Shown: positions 24,697 through 37,790 of the stretch, piece by piece
Layout: every line of letters starts with the position of its first letter
Numbering within the stretch: position 1 is the stretch's first letter
From: Octopus vulgaris
Taxonomy: Eukaryota
Assembly (NCBI GenBank): GCA_951406725.2
Contig: OX597836.1
Coordinates: 25,234,001-25,298,000, forward strand
Reading direction: 5' to 3'
Length of the DNA stretch: 64,000 bases
Program-made: the position numbers and the translations under genes
The notes under the pieces: generated by a model
Seen by the model: only the letters and a program-made list of their open reading frames with translations
The model's database searches: none
Told to the model about the DNA's origin: nothing

Positions 24697-25210
24697 GCAC
24701 CCACTACACTCTCAGAGTGGTTAGCGTTAGGAAGGGCATCCAGCTGTAGAAACTCTGCCAGATCAGATTGGAGTCTGGTACAGCCATCTGGTTCGCCAGA
24801 CCTCAGTCAAATCGTCCAACCAATGCTAGCATGGAAAGCAGACGTTAAACGATGATGATGATGATATCTATATATATATATATACACATATATAAAATCC
24901 TCATTGTTTAACGTCCGTCTTCCATGCTAGCATGGGTGGGACTGTACTACAAGAGCTGGCCAGGCAGAATCTTGCACCAGGCATCTGAAACTGTTTGGCA
25001 GGATTTTTATAGCTGGAAGCCTTTCCAAACACCAACGACTCAGCAGAGTGGACTTTGTGCTTTTTGCATGGCACAAACACAGGTGAGGGTAGTTTTGGCA
25101 AGGTTTTTACAGCTGGATGCCCTTCTGAACACCAACCACTTTAACAGTGTGGCCTGGGTGCTTTTAAGTGGCACTTGTACTGACAGGGTCACCGAGTACT
25201 TGTGAGACAT
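24697..25210. mobile_element. Two tail-to-tail (GAT)n-tailed retroposon 3' ends (RTE-like tail); others at ~9700-9925, 16120-16440 and 21505-21930
   Basis: aggaagggcatccagctgtagaaac...catgctagcatggaaagcagacgttaaacgatgatg. Confidence 0.75.
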
Positions 25211-25469
25211 TAGCCAAAAAAAAAAAAAAAAAAAGAATGATTATCTTCCACCCCTGAAATAATTGAATGTTGAGAAATATATAAATCCCTAATATTCCAA
25301 ATTTCTGCCCACCTCTCTTTCTCTCTTCATGTACAGGTGCACATGCAGTTATTTACACATACACACACATACACACAAACATGCATATATATACGATAAT
25401 TATCAGGTATACACTTACAAATGCACACACACACACACACACACACACATACATATGAATGCATATGTT

Positions 25470-25800
25470 TTGAGGTTGAATCCCACTGCATGGCACCTTG
25501 GGCAAGTGTCTTCTACTATAGCCCTGGGCTGACCAAAGCCTTGTGAATGGGTTTGGTAAATAGAGACTGAAGGTAGCCTTTTATATATATAAATATCATA
25601 TATATATGTATGTATGTGTGTGTTTGTATCTTCAGCATTGCCTGACAACTGGTGTTGGTTTGTTTGCATCCATGTAACTCATTAGTTGAGTAAAAGAGAC
25701 CAACAGAATAAATACTTGGTTTAAAAGAAAAAAAATAAACACTGCGGTTGATTTGTTAACTAAAACCCTTCAAGGTTGTGCTCCAGCATAGCCACAGTCA
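25470..25800 (+). mobile_element. SINE family A, diverged
   Basis: Similar to the other copies. Confidence 0.8.
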
Positions 25801-26512
25801 CAAGATTGAAGTTCTAGATATTCATATACAAAATATTAACAATGGTAAAAGTAGATTCCATTAACAAGAAATCTCAGACTTATAAATGGAAAGTAAATGG
25901 AATGCTTACACTTTGGTGAATGTCAAAAGCAATAAAAACAAGTCTTTTATTATCATCATCACTATGGCAACGAAATGGCAGAATTGCTGAAGCTGTCAGT
26001 GAAATACCTTGTGGTATTTCTTCCACGTTTTTATGACGTCTGTTCGGATACATACAATATTTACTTACCTAGTGTTTTTTTTGGTGTATAAGTCAACATA
26101 GTAAAGAGTGTAAACAGCCAAACATGGTCACTATCTTTCCAAATTCTGCTGCATTTCACATGGAATTTTTGGTCCTCCGATATCGTCTTGGGTTAGAAGT
26201 TGACCGACCATTTTGAGCTGGAAATTTTAAATCTTCAAAAATTTGACTTGCCTGCCAGAAAGCATTGTATGGCTCACTAATTAGCAAAAACATCATTACT
26301 TTGAGCTGTAAATGCAAAACTCTGCACCTGTCAGATTTTGCTTTACCAGAGGTATCAAGCAAAGTAAATGGCACCTGCTAAAGTGTACTCGTAGGTCAAA
26401 GACTGTTGAAATACATAGAATTACAGACTCCCATTCCATCTTCACATTCAGATGTACAATAAACGAGTGATTGGAACATTGGGAACCTGCCGTCAAGGAT
26501 ATTATTAATCAC

Positions 26513-26875
26513 AGGTGTGGCTCTGTGGTAAGAAGTTCTTGGTTCAGTCCCACTGTGTGGAACCTTGGGCAAGTGTCTTCTATAACCTTGGGCCAGCCAA
26601 ACCCTTGTAACTAGATTTCTTGAATGGAAACTGAAAGAAGCCCATCATATATATGTGTGTGTGTGTGTGTGTGTGCCCCACTTTCGCTTGAAACCGGTGT
26701 TGTTGTGTTTATGTTCCATAACTTAGTGGTTTGGCAAAAGAGACTAACAAAATAAGTACCAAGCTTGAAAAAAAATAAAAGGCCTGGGGTCGATTCATTC
26801 AATTAAAAATTCTTCGGGATGGTGCCCCAGCATGGCCGCAGTCAAATGACTAAAATAAGTAAAAGATTAAAAAAG
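26513..26875 (+). mobile_element. SINE family A, diverged
   Basis: Similar to the other copies. Confidence 0.8.
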
Positions 26876-27449
26876 AAAATAGAAAACATTACAATGATAA
26901 TAATCTGCAATACAGAATAACACAAATACCAAAAAATTGTTTCACCAACCTACAAATATAATAAAGATCAGTCAGAGAGTGCAAACCTCCACCAAGACAG
27001 CACCAATGTCCTCTCAATGATTAGCCAGAGACGATTTTGGAAAATGAGAATATCTGAAATAAACTCGACTGCTGTCACAAACGTAAACACTAAAAATGAA
27101 TCTGACCACTCTAAAAAATTAAGTAAATAAATAAAAAAAAAAAAACAGAAAAATAATCCAGAATCCAGTGGTTCTTGAGATATCTTGATCAAGGACAAAC
27201 AAACAAACAAACAAACAAACACAACTGAAAACAATGACTCCACCTTTGCTAAGGTGGAGGTAATAATAATAAAAGCATTGTGAGAAGTAAAGAGAGAGAG
27301 AGAGAGAAAGTGGTAGGCAACCTTGTCCCTCACATTAGGTTTTGAAAGCTCCAGGAAGCAAGGTTGACCAGGTGGACAAAGGAAACCTGAATTCCTCGAC
27401 CCCTCCTGTTTTTGAAACGTTCATCAAAACCCACTTTTATTATCTTCAG

Positions 27450-27695
27450 GTTTTACAGTCAGCTTATTCCCTTCCAAGTTTAAACGAATCGGTTCTGCAG
27501 AAAGTTGGGGAAAGAAAAAGAGCAAAATGAAATCCCACCCCATTCAATTAATTAGTAGTCATTCGTTAGAAACTTTTCCTGCCTCTTACGATTACGACTC
27601 CGAACCCAGTTCCAGCTCCAGTGGTGTTGTACTTCTGTCTAGTCGGCCACTTGAACCAGACAACTTCGTTTCTTGGAATGGTAACAGAACAGGTG
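27450..27695 (+). CDS. Neurabin-like gene internal exon
   Basis: ttattatcttcag|GT...GGTG|gtgagt. 246 nt, phase 1-1, open: FTVSLFPSKFKRIGSAESWGKKKSKMKSHPIQLISSHSLETFPASYDYDSEPSSSSSGVVLLSSRPLEPDNFVSWNGNRTG. This frame is not in the ORF track. Confidence 0.8.
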
Positions 27696-28134
27696 GTGAG
27701 TTCTAATCCAGGCCTTGTTTTCATTGAAGGTTCAACTTTTTAAATTGTTTCTTTTTCTTCTTTTTTTTTCAAGTGGGAGGAAACTAGAGGTGTGCATATC
27801 CAGTATCATAAGGGGCTGTTCTCTTTGTGTCCCTTAAATATGCAGTCCATTGCTATATTTACTGAGTGTGTTTCTTAGGCAAGACACTTGACTCTATCTT
27901 GCCTTTGCTAATGTAAGTAGGTTAGTTAATGCACAAATGGTCAAAAAAGTGAAAACATGGCCTGATATTACACTTTTGAGGAATATTGGAGACACTGAGG
28001 CTGAGGTTTCTATCCTGGATGACTCAGTAGCTGATTGATCAGTGTTCTGAACAACTGGGCCATGTGTGTATATATGTGTGTGTATATATATACACACACA
28101 CAAATGCATATGTACATGTTGATGTATATACAGT

Positions 28135-28167
<33 letters not shown>

Positions 28168-28182
28168 GTATGTATGTATATA

Positions 28183-28221
<39 letters not shown>

Positions 28222-28224
28222 GTC

Positions 28225-28276
28225 ATAACTTACCTGAAGACTCTGTGTAGTTACAGGTGAAACTCAGAGTAGTTAT
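28225..28276 (+). ncRNA. Minimal type-I hammerhead ribozyme motif
   Basis: ATAACTTAC CTGAAGA ct CTGT-gtagtt-ACAG gt GAAAC TCAGA GTA GTTAT, directly after a (TA)n tract. Confidence 0.65.
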
Positions 28277-28577
28277 ATTTATGTACAAATACATATGTAT
28301 ATCTGTACATAGATACACACACAAATCCAAACATGTATACACACACTCACACACACACACATTATATACAGTTCTTCCATGGTAAATAAACAAAGTATCA
28401 GTCATTATCTGTAAGTTTTTATTGGGGTCATTTTTTTCAAAGGATAAATTTATATTATTTTTTTTGTATTTTTCAATCTAACTTGTTCATAGTTTCATGC
28501 TGCTAACTTCCTATGCCTCTCACCCATAACTCCACAAGCTTATTATTACCATTATTATTATTATTATTATTATTATT

Positions 28578-28914
28578 AAGGTGGCAAGCTGGCAGAATCG
28601 TTAGCACGCCAGGCAAAATGCTTAGCAGTTTTTCATCCATCTTTACATTCTCAGTTCAAATTCTGCTGAGGTCGACTTTGCCTTTCGTCCTTTCGGGGCA
28701 ATTAAACAAGTATCAGTTACACACTGGGGTTAATGTAATCAACCTAATGCCTTCCCTTAGATTGTGAGGCCTTGTGCTTCCAGTAGAAAGGATTATTACT
28801 ATAATTTATGTTTTTTATGGGTTTTTCTTCTTCTTTCAAATTTGCTTCCATTTCTTGCTGAGTGTCTTCCCGACTCCTAGGGCAAGGAGTCGGGAAGACA
28901 CTCGGCAAGTATTA

Positions 28915-28951
<37 letters not shown>

Positions 28952-29076
28952 CATTATTATTATCTTGGTTTGGCTCAGGTTCGGTCTTATTCCTGATAGG
29001 ATTTATATGGGTAGCGGATTACTACCTGTAATCTTAAGTATCCACAAGTTGTCAGCAGTCTTTCAAGTGCTTAGGA

Positions 29077-29109
<33 letters not shown>

Positions 29110-29832
29110 GGTGGCGAGCTGGCAGAATTGTTAGCATGCTGAGCGAAATGCTTATCCGTCTTTACATTCTCAGTTTAAATTTGGCCGAGGTCAGCTTTGC
29201 CTTTCATCCTTTCGGCGTCGATAAATTATGCACTAGCAAAACACTGGGGTCTATGTAATTGATTTACCCAATCCCCTGAAATTTCAGGTCTTGTGCCTAC
29301 GGCAGAAAGGATTATTATTATTATTATTTTTATTATTATTATTGTTAACATTTTGTCTTTGTATTGACCCCCTCATCCTTCACCCTAGTGGCAAAAGAAA
29401 TCTCTATTATATTATTATTATTATTATTATTATTATGAAGGTGGTGAGCTGCTAAAACTGTTAGCAAGCTGGACAAAATGCTTAGTGGCATTTCATTTGT
29501 TCTCATATTGTGAGTTCAAATTCCACCGAGCTCTATTTTACCTTTTATCTTTTCGGGGTTTATAAAATAAGTACCAGTTGAACTCTGGGGTTGATGTTCT
29601 TTATTAGCCTCCTACCTCCAAAATGTCAGGCCTTGTGCTAGCAATAGAAAAGTTTATTATCACTATTATTTCATCCATCTTTGTGTTCTGAGTTCAAATT
29701 CCACTGAGGTTGACTTTGCCTTTCATCCTTTTGGGGGTGATAAATTAAGTACCAGTTGCATACTGGAGTCGATCTAATCGACTGGCCTCCTCCCCCAAAA
29801 TTTTGGGCCATGTTCCTGGAGTAGAAAAGATT
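28578..29832 (+). mobile_element. Cluster of ~4 tRNA-derived SINE family B copies in (ATT)n
   Basis: aaggtggcgagctggcagaa...gagttcaaattc...gcctttcatcctttcggggtcgataaa...agaaaggattatt. Confidence 0.85.
28855..28908. repeat. GC-rich 24-bp hairpin
   Basis: ttgctgagtgtcttcccgactcct-agggca-aggagtcgggaagacactcggcaa. Confidence 0.9.
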
Positions 29833-30261
29833 ATTTCTTCCAATGTAGTCACCAAATTCCTATTAATCTTGCAATCCCTTCTGCTTCTCCCCCTGGCCAA
29901 ATGTAGAATTATTTAGAGTAGTTAATCAAACACTGTAATTAATCCTTTTGTAGTTTAATCATAATTATAATAATACTGATTTGCATGTCTACTTGTTTGG
30001 TGTTGCTTACCGTTGTTGTTGTTGTTGTTTGCATGACATTACATGTATGTATGTATACATATAGAAATGTTAAAAGAACACCCGATGTATAAATGGATTT
30101 GTAAAGAACTTCAAGGAAGTACACACAGAGAAATAACCTGCTACTCGAGACAATTATAATATTCAAATTTAAATATCACCTTATGTAATGTTGCTTCAAT
30201 AAAATCTAGGTTAGACTTTAAAATTAGGTTTGTTATTATCAACAATATATGTATGTACCAT

Positions 30262-30640
30262 CCTATAGTATCTACCTTTCTATATTTCCTATAGTGTCTA
30301 CCTTTCTATATTTCCTATAGTGTCTACCTTTCTATATTTCCTATAGTGTCTACCTTTCTATATTTCCTATAGTGTCTACCTTTCTATATTTCCTAGTGTC
30401 TACCTTTCTATATTTCCTATAGTGTCTACCTTTCTATATTTCCTAGTGTCTACCTTTCTATATTTCCTAGTGTCTACCTTTCTATATTTCCTATAGTGTC
30501 TACCTTTCTATATTTCCTATAGTGTCTACCTTTCTATATTTCCTATAGTGTCTACCTTTCTATATTTCCTATAGTATCTCCCTTTTTACATTTCCTAAAG
30601 TGTCTACCTTTCTATCTTTCTATAGTATCTAGCTTTCTAT
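30262..30640. repeat. 26-bp minisatellite with 24-bp variants, ~14 copies
   Basis: (cctatagtgtctacctttctatattt)n; some units lack two bases. Confidence 0.95.
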
Positions 30641-31966
30641 TTTCCCTACTATCTTTTTCTGTATTAGAAACCAGTAATAATGAAATAGTAGTTAAGAATT
30701 TTTGTGAGTTTATATTTGTTTTGCCATAATTTTCCCCCAATTTTTATTTATCCAGGAAGAGGAGGAGGAGTTGTTCCCATTCCATTTCTAAATATTTCCA
30801 GTTTTTTCTTTCCTGCTTGTATTTACAATTTTCTTTACCAAATTTTCCCATTCTCCTTTCCTATGTTTCTGTGTTCATTCACTTCCTTACAGCTCAAGCT
30901 TTCAATATGTTCTACTTATTGTTTTCTGCATTTTTCCCACCAGTTTTTCATGTCTCCTGTTGAATTTCCTATTCAAAAATATTTATTGTTCAGTTGAGGA
31001 TATTTACATTGTTACAGAACCAATTGTAAATTGTTCCTAGAAGCAACCCCATTCCTCACCCCCCACTTATTCTGTTGCAACTATAAAACAGTAAAAAAGA
31101 AATAACATAGAAATAAAAAAAAATAATAGTAAAACGAAATAACATAGAAATAAAAAAAAAAAAATTTTAATAGTTATCTTAAAATACTTTATTAGCACGT
31201 CTTACAATTTTACATTATCATAAAATTTCCCTTTCATGCTTGACTGAAGCTCCTATAAATAATAAATAATTTTTTCAGAAGCTCCTATAAATAATATTAA
31301 AAAAACACAAAAGCCCAATTCATCTGCTGTTGAACTTATGGAAAAGAGAAAGGAACGAAAGAAAGATGTGTTGTTGTTTCGACTCATGGCAGCCTTGACA
31401 GAAAGTGACAAAATGGCACAAACCCTATCCTCTGTACTTAATATCTATACATTTTGGTTATCAGTACTGTCTTTCTTCCCTTGATAATGCTGTAAGGATG
31501 GCCACAGCTGTAATGTCTTTGAATATAGGTCTGCTGGATCAGAGCTGATGACCTGGTGTTAAAAGTAACAGCCAAAGTCATTGCTTTGATTGAAACCTTC
31601 GTCCATTGCTAGCTAGGCAACGTTACCAGCTGTTGCAAGCTCAGGGAATATACTTGGCATACAACCAAACATGCATAACCTGAACAATCAGCTGACGTCA
31701 TGTACAGTCATGTGTGACTCAACTGTAGAATAATACTGTTTACGTTTTATTGAAATTTAACAGTGTGCGCAATTGCATGTGCCAGTGTGCAGCTTTGTGT
31801 GTGTACATATTATGTATACACACATGCTGTTATATGACCTTGAAAGGATGGAAGGCTGTGAATATAAGCTATAGGTATGTTTGAGTGAGTGTGTGTGTGT
31901 GTATATATATATATACATATATATATATTATAATAAGGGTTAGGCAAAAGAATTTGCTTCACCACA

Positions 31967-32005
<39 letters not shown>

Positions 32006-32237
32006 AAGGAGTTTGTATGATTGTGTATAGAAGAATATATTATTCAAAGGAATTCCAACTCTGTCAGTTTTTTATGTTTTATTTATATTCTTACAATATT
32101 AATGTAGGATATAGAATATATAGTATATATAGTAAAATGAAATGAAGTATTGATTGTCTTATTGAATATCAAATATTAAGGGACTAGTATACTTTCTTGC
32201 ATTTAAGCAGTCTTCAAGGTCCCAGGTTGTGACAGGA

Positions 32238-32286
<49 letters not shown>

Positions 32287-32433
32287 AATTTATATTTTGA
32301 GTAAGCTATATATCCAGATGTTCTACTTTCCCTATGAGTAGAACTACTGCTCCTCCTCTCTTTCCTTCTCTGCTTAATTGTCCACAAGATTGGTGAATGG
32401 TGCTGAGTTTCTGTCTGCTTCCATCCTCCACAG

Positions 32434-32549
32434 CTCAACCAAACATCTCCATTGAACACTCATCTGCTAGCACAGCATCAAACAGAAGCCCAGATTCCAA
32501 ATCAAACAGATACTCATTGAAAAGTAATTTATCATCAAATCCATCGGAG
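32434..32549 (+). CDS. Neurabin-like gene internal exon
   Basis: cttccatcctccacag|CT...TCGGAG|gtaagt. 116 nt, phase 1-0: QPNISIEHSSASTASNRSPDSKSNRYSLKSNLSSNPSE. Confidence 0.85.
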
Positions 32550-32704
32550 GTAAGTGCAATGAAAGAACTCGCCCTCAACAAACCAAAACATAAAGCCCAA
32601 TCCTTCCTTCTTGCCTTTGCTCCCACTGTCACCTTCTGTTTTTACTGTCATCATTGTCTAAGTGTCATTCTCTAACCACAAAATCTAACCCTTTCCATTT
32701 ATAT

Positions 32705-33040
32705 GTGAAGGCACATGGCTCAATGGTTAGGCTCACAATCATGAGGTAGAGAGTTCAATTCCCAGACCAAGCAGTGTATTGTGTTCTTGAGCAAGACCCT
32801 TTATTTCACATTGCTCCAATTCACTCAGCTTTAGAAATGATGTTGTGATCTCACTGGTGCCAAGCTGTATCGGCCCCTTTACCTTTCACATGGGTAACAT
32901 CAGTGGCATGGAGAGGGGTGACTGGTATGCATGGGAGACTGCTGGTCTTCCATAAACGACCTTGCCTAGACTTGTACCTCAGACGGGAAATCAAGGTTCA
33001 ATCCCATGGTCATTCATGGTGAAAGTGGGGTCTTTACCCT
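32705..33040 (+). mobile_element. tRNA-derived SINE; related heads at ~9255-9420 and ~60690-60810 (-)
   Basis: tggctcaatggttag...gagttcaattccc...tgtgttcttgagcaag. Confidence 0.7.
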
Positions 33041-33720
33041 TATTTTATATAAAACATAAAGGAATTGGAATGCAGGCAGGTACCTTATTATCACTCTGAT
33101 ATAACCCAGATCTGGCTAACCACATTGAATGACAGGGCTTACATGATTAAGACTTCAGGACTTTGTAACTGTATAACAGGACTGGATTGAGGCCCTTGTG
33201 GTACAACCCTTTGTATTACAAGGGTAGAATGCAGAATCATGGGTTGACCATTTTTCTCTAAGTCAGAGGATTACACAAAAAATTTTATTTGGGGATTGAG
33301 ATTTACACAAGTGGTTCTCAACCATTTTTCATCTGTGGACCCATTTAATCCCTATTTTATATACCACTGGAATTCCTTGGCCATTCTCTGTATATAAATA
33401 ATTTTGTACTGTATTTCTATGATTAAATGTTGTTAAGAATTCTATAAAAAAACAAAAAAAATTGTGTATTGCAGACATATAACCAATTTATTATGCATAA
33501 ATTTTCATAGAAAAACCTTAGATGAAGCCCATAAGAGCCATATGGACCCCAGTTAAGAAACACTGGTCTAGACAGATGAATGTATGATGGGTACCCCTAC
33601 TCTCTGTCCCTAACTTGGGTTAATGACAGACCATAATTAGACAGACCAAAATTAGTGACAGACTATATATTTTTTGTGTTGTTTGTTAATTAAGCATGTT
33701 ATATGTGTTTACCTTTGCAG

Positions 33721-33897
33721 GATTCCACCTTAAATAAACGAAGTAACCAAACCAATGTCGGTTCAATCACTGACTGGAGCCACGATCATGTTTGTCATTG
33801 GTTGCAGACTCTTGAAATGTCTCAATATATCCCGAGCTTCCACGAGAAACAGATCTCTGGCAAAGACCTACTACTTCTGGACGGATCTAAACTTAAG
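33721..33897 (+). CDS. PPP1R9A: Neurabin-1/SAMD14-like SAM domain exon
   Basis: acctttgcag|GAT...CTTAAG|gtagaa. 177 nt, phase 0-0. WSHDHVCHWLQTLEMSQYIPSFHEKQISGKDLLLLDGSKLK matches the recalled neurabin-type SAM pattern (W...V..WL..L.L.QY...F....I.G..LL.LDG.KLK). The symbol is a family-level call; SAMD14 shares this domain. Confidence 0.9.
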
Positions 33898-33929
33898 GTA
33901 GAAATGATTGTTATTATTATTATTAGTAA

Positions 33930-34380
33930 AAGGTGGCGAGCTGGCAGAAACGTTAGCACGCTGGGCGAAATGCGTAGCCGTTTTTCGTCTGCCGTTACGT
34001 TCTGAGTTCAAACTCCGCAGAGGTCGACTTTGCCTTTCATCATTTCGGGGTCGATTAAATAAGTACCAGTTATGCACTGGGGACGATGTAATCAATTCAA
34101 TCCGTGTGTCTGTCCTTGTTTGTCCCCTCTGTATTTAGCCGCTTGTGGGTAGTAAAGAAATAGATATTTCGTCTGCCGTTACGTTCTGAGTTCAAATTAT
34201 GCCGAGGTCGACTTTGCCTTTCATCCTTTCGGGGTCGATAAATTAAGTACCAGTTACGTACTGGGGTTGATATCTGTCCTTGTTTGTCCCCTCTGTGTTT
34301 GGCCCCTTGTGGGTAGTAAAGAAATAATTATTATTATTAGTATTATTATTATTAAGATGGTGAGCTGGCAGAATTGTTAA
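33930..34380 (+). mobile_element. SINE family B with internal duplication
   Basis: Family B head; the body segment is repeated twice. Confidence 0.85.
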
Positions 34381-34409
34381 ACAAAGACGACGATGATGAT
34401 TTTATTGCA

Positions 34410-34803
34410 TTTGTTTCAGTCATTTGACTGTGGCCATGCTGGAGCACCACATGTAGTCAAGCAAATCGACCCCAGGACTTATTCTTTGTAAGCCTAGTAC
34501 TTACTCTATCGGTTTCTCTTGCCGAACCGCTAAGTGACGGGAACTTAAACACACCAGCATTGGTTGTCAAGTGATGTTGGGTGGGGACAAACACAGACAC
34601 ACAAACAACATATACATACACATATATATATATATATATGCGACGGGCTTCTTTCAGTTTCTGTCTACCAAATCCACTCACAAGGCTTTGGTTGGCCCAA
34701 GGCTATAGTAAAAGACGCTTGCCCAAGGTGCCATGCAGTGGGACTGAACCCAGAACCATGAGATTGGTAAACAATCTACTTACTGCACAACCGCTCCTGT
34801 GCC
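34410..34803 (-). mobile_element. SINE family A
   Basis: Similar to 310-718. Confidence 0.9.
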
Positions 34804-34974
34804 TGATGATTACTTATGTCTAATGAGTTCTCATTGCCCACAAGAATTTCATTTGTTACCCACTTGGGGTAGTTTACTCTGGTTTGCCAACCCATGTCTT
34901 ACAGAAGTGTTTACAATGCATCACTATATGTTTTTAAATTACACTCAACTCTTGTCTTCTCCTGTTATCTGCAG

Positions 34975-35124
34975 ACCCTTGGAGTGAGCAGCAGCAGTGA
35001 CCGGAATGTGTTGAAGAAGAAAATCAAAGAGATGAAGACGGCTGCCGATAAAGAACGCAAACAAATGGAGAAGGAGCGAAAAGCCAAAGAAAAAGAACAG
35101 AAAAGGTTACTCAAGAAGAAATAA
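34975..35124 (+). CDS. PPP1R9A: Neurabin-1/SAMD14-like terminal coding exon (end of SAM plus basic coiled coil)
   Basis: cttctcctgttatctgcag|ACC; TLGVSSSSDRNVLKKKIKEMKTAADKERKQMEKERKAKEKEQKRLLKKK*. Resembles the neurabin-1 LG.....DR...KKKLKEMK tail. Confidence 0.9.
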   Translation, partial: TLGVSSSSDRNVLKKKIKEMKTAADKERKQMEKERKAKEKEQKRLLKKK

Positions 35125-35250
35125 TCCAAATGGAGAAATTTAAAAAGAAAAAAATTTTAAAGGGTAGGAATTGGGTGGTTTATATATATATATACATATA
35201 TATATATATACACACATGCATACATAGATACACATGTATATGTGTATATA

Positions 35251-35285
<35 letters not shown>

Positions 35286-35769
35286 ACACACACACAACAC
35301 ATACTTGTATGTAAGATGGTGTGAAGACTTTACATTTACTGTTTTGAGGTACTGAAATGAAACCCAAACTAAACCGATTCCAAGACAGCTGCTTGCAGTA
35401 CGGCAATTTACCCTGAGGTAGATTTGGTAATTCATAATCAAGGAATTATTATTATGACTGTGAAATTGTCTATTGTTGTTGTTATTATTATTATGATTAT
35501 TATATTTCGTTTTATTATTGTTTATCATTATTATTATTATTATAATTATTATTATTAATTTTTTTTGTTAAAAACCCTGTTCTCATCTGTCTTTTAGCCA
35601 GTGATCCATTATCTGTTGTATGTATGTATGTGTGTATTTATATACATATATAACATCTACATACATACATACACATAATTATAAGTCGGCGCCATGTCTT
35701 GACTGCCTGTTTTTGTATTGTTTTATGGTGCTGGAGTTGTATAAAATAGATTTATGATAAAAACCTACA

Positions 35770-35817
<48 letters not shown>

Positions 35818-36072
35818 AGTGTATGTATGTATATGATTTAATATTTCCAGTTGTCATTAAAGAAAATTGTTTAGAAAATACACGCATGTACGTTGTATTC
35901 CAAATATGGCTGTACTCTGGTTATATTATTATTATTATTATTATTATTATTTTTTTTTTTACCAATGTCTGACAAAAGTTGAAACTAGAATACTGCCATT
36001 TTGTCTGTACAAGCTGTTCCCCATATACATACCTATATACACATACATACATATATATATATATATATATTT

Positions 36073-36126
<54 letters not shown>

Positions 36127-37172
36127 TTTATAGAATAAAATATATAGAAGGAAAACATTCAGAAAGACGTAACAGAAAAAAAATAAAACAATACGTCAGC
36201 AGCAAATGTTTGGTTAATGAAGTCATTAACGACCCAACGTTCAGTTGACCATTTTCACAATATAAATTTACCATCATGGCTTCCATCTGTGATTTGAGCA
36301 TCGGACATTGGTACAAAAAAAAAAGAAGAAGAAATGAAACATGAAATTAACAACAACAACAACAACAACAGGATCAACAACAAATGAAAGTGTATGAATA
36401 GACAAAAGAATGCTAAAGAAACAACTAAAATGAAGAAAAATTCTAATAAACAGGGTTATGAACAGTTTTTAGTTTAAAATCATTTGTAATTCTCCTTTTG
36501 TCCTTTACCCTGATGTGGCAGGGTCAGCTGACTAAATGATGCTAATTAGACCTAATTGGTGGAACCATGTTTTTAGTTGTCCCCACTTACCTGCAACCAG
36601 ATATGTAAATTTGAGAAATTAATTTCTAATTTTTCAAAAACCCTTTTCTCCCCACTTCCTTTGACAGTTGCTCACAATTGATGCTGCTCAAAGTATTTTT
36701 TTTTTCTATCTCCCACTAAAAGAGAAATTTTGAATTCAGAATTTTTTTTCAGCTAGACACCCAAAACATCCCCCTTTAACTTATTTTACTACATTAATGC
36801 AATTATCTCCCTTGGCTGATTGTATTATTTATTTTACTTATAGAAAGATAGGTTGACTTTTGTGTTGTACATGTTGAGGAAGATCAGTTTTTATTTGATG
36901 TCCATTTCTTATGTATATCCACCCACACAATCTCTCTCTCTCTCTCTAATCTTCAGTCCTTCTTATATACTTGTTTTACATTATCTCTGAAAGTCAGCGA
37001 ATAGTTAGAATGTCCCCACTCTCTTTTCATCCTGTAACCATCCCTCCTTCTTTAATTCAACCACTGCATCTCAAACCAGTCTCTTTCATTGTCCTCCTCT
37101 TCTCCTATCTCTTTTTATAGTAACAACCCGACCCAAATGCAAGACTTCAACAAGAGGTGACAGAAGACAGTC

Positions 37173-37209
<37 letters not shown>

Positions 37210-37790
37210 TACACACAAACTTCTAGGAAGGGTCCAACTGAAAATTTAACATAAAAGTTCCATAAATGAAGAGAATGGGACCAATTTGCAAAGCTGTTTT
37301 TTACTTGTGTATATATATATATATGTGTATGTGTGAGAGAGAGAGATAGATAGATAGAGAGAGAGAGAGATAGTGGAAAAGAGAGAGAGAACAGGTGTGT
37401 GTATATATATATGTGATGAAAGGAGAGAGGATGACTATTGGTGTGAGTCTGTGAACATTTGTGGCTGTGTATACATGTATGTTTATAGAGACAGGTAGGT
37501 AAGCATTAGTTAATGACCAAGTGCAAAAGTGCAATAGAAAGAGAAACCTCATCAAATTTATGACAACATGAAGTTCAGAATACCAATGATGCTGCTTCTC
37601 TCAGAATAAAGCGTTGGTTTGCTAACCTATATTCAATTAATAGAAAAGAATTGAAAGTATTGAATGAAAAACACTAAAAAAAACCCCAAAGAACCTAGTA
37701 ATAAATGACAAAATAATTTCAATAAAAAAGTAGAAAAAGTAAGATTTACACTTTCATATTTTCTTCCACCATCTTGCCTTGTTGAATAAA
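35125..37790 (+). other. Probable long 3' UTR of the neurabin-like gene
   Basis: Follows the stop codon; no recognisable SINE insertions; AATAAA hexamers cluster near 37605, 37720 and 37785. The end is inferred. Confidence 0.45.

Noticed and set aside
26156-26496. Minus-strand ORFs
   Set aside because: At most a weak resemblance to a pogo-like HTH; too degraded to call.
30262-30640. 26-bp repeat array as CRISPR
   Set aside because: Pure tandem minisatellite without spacers.
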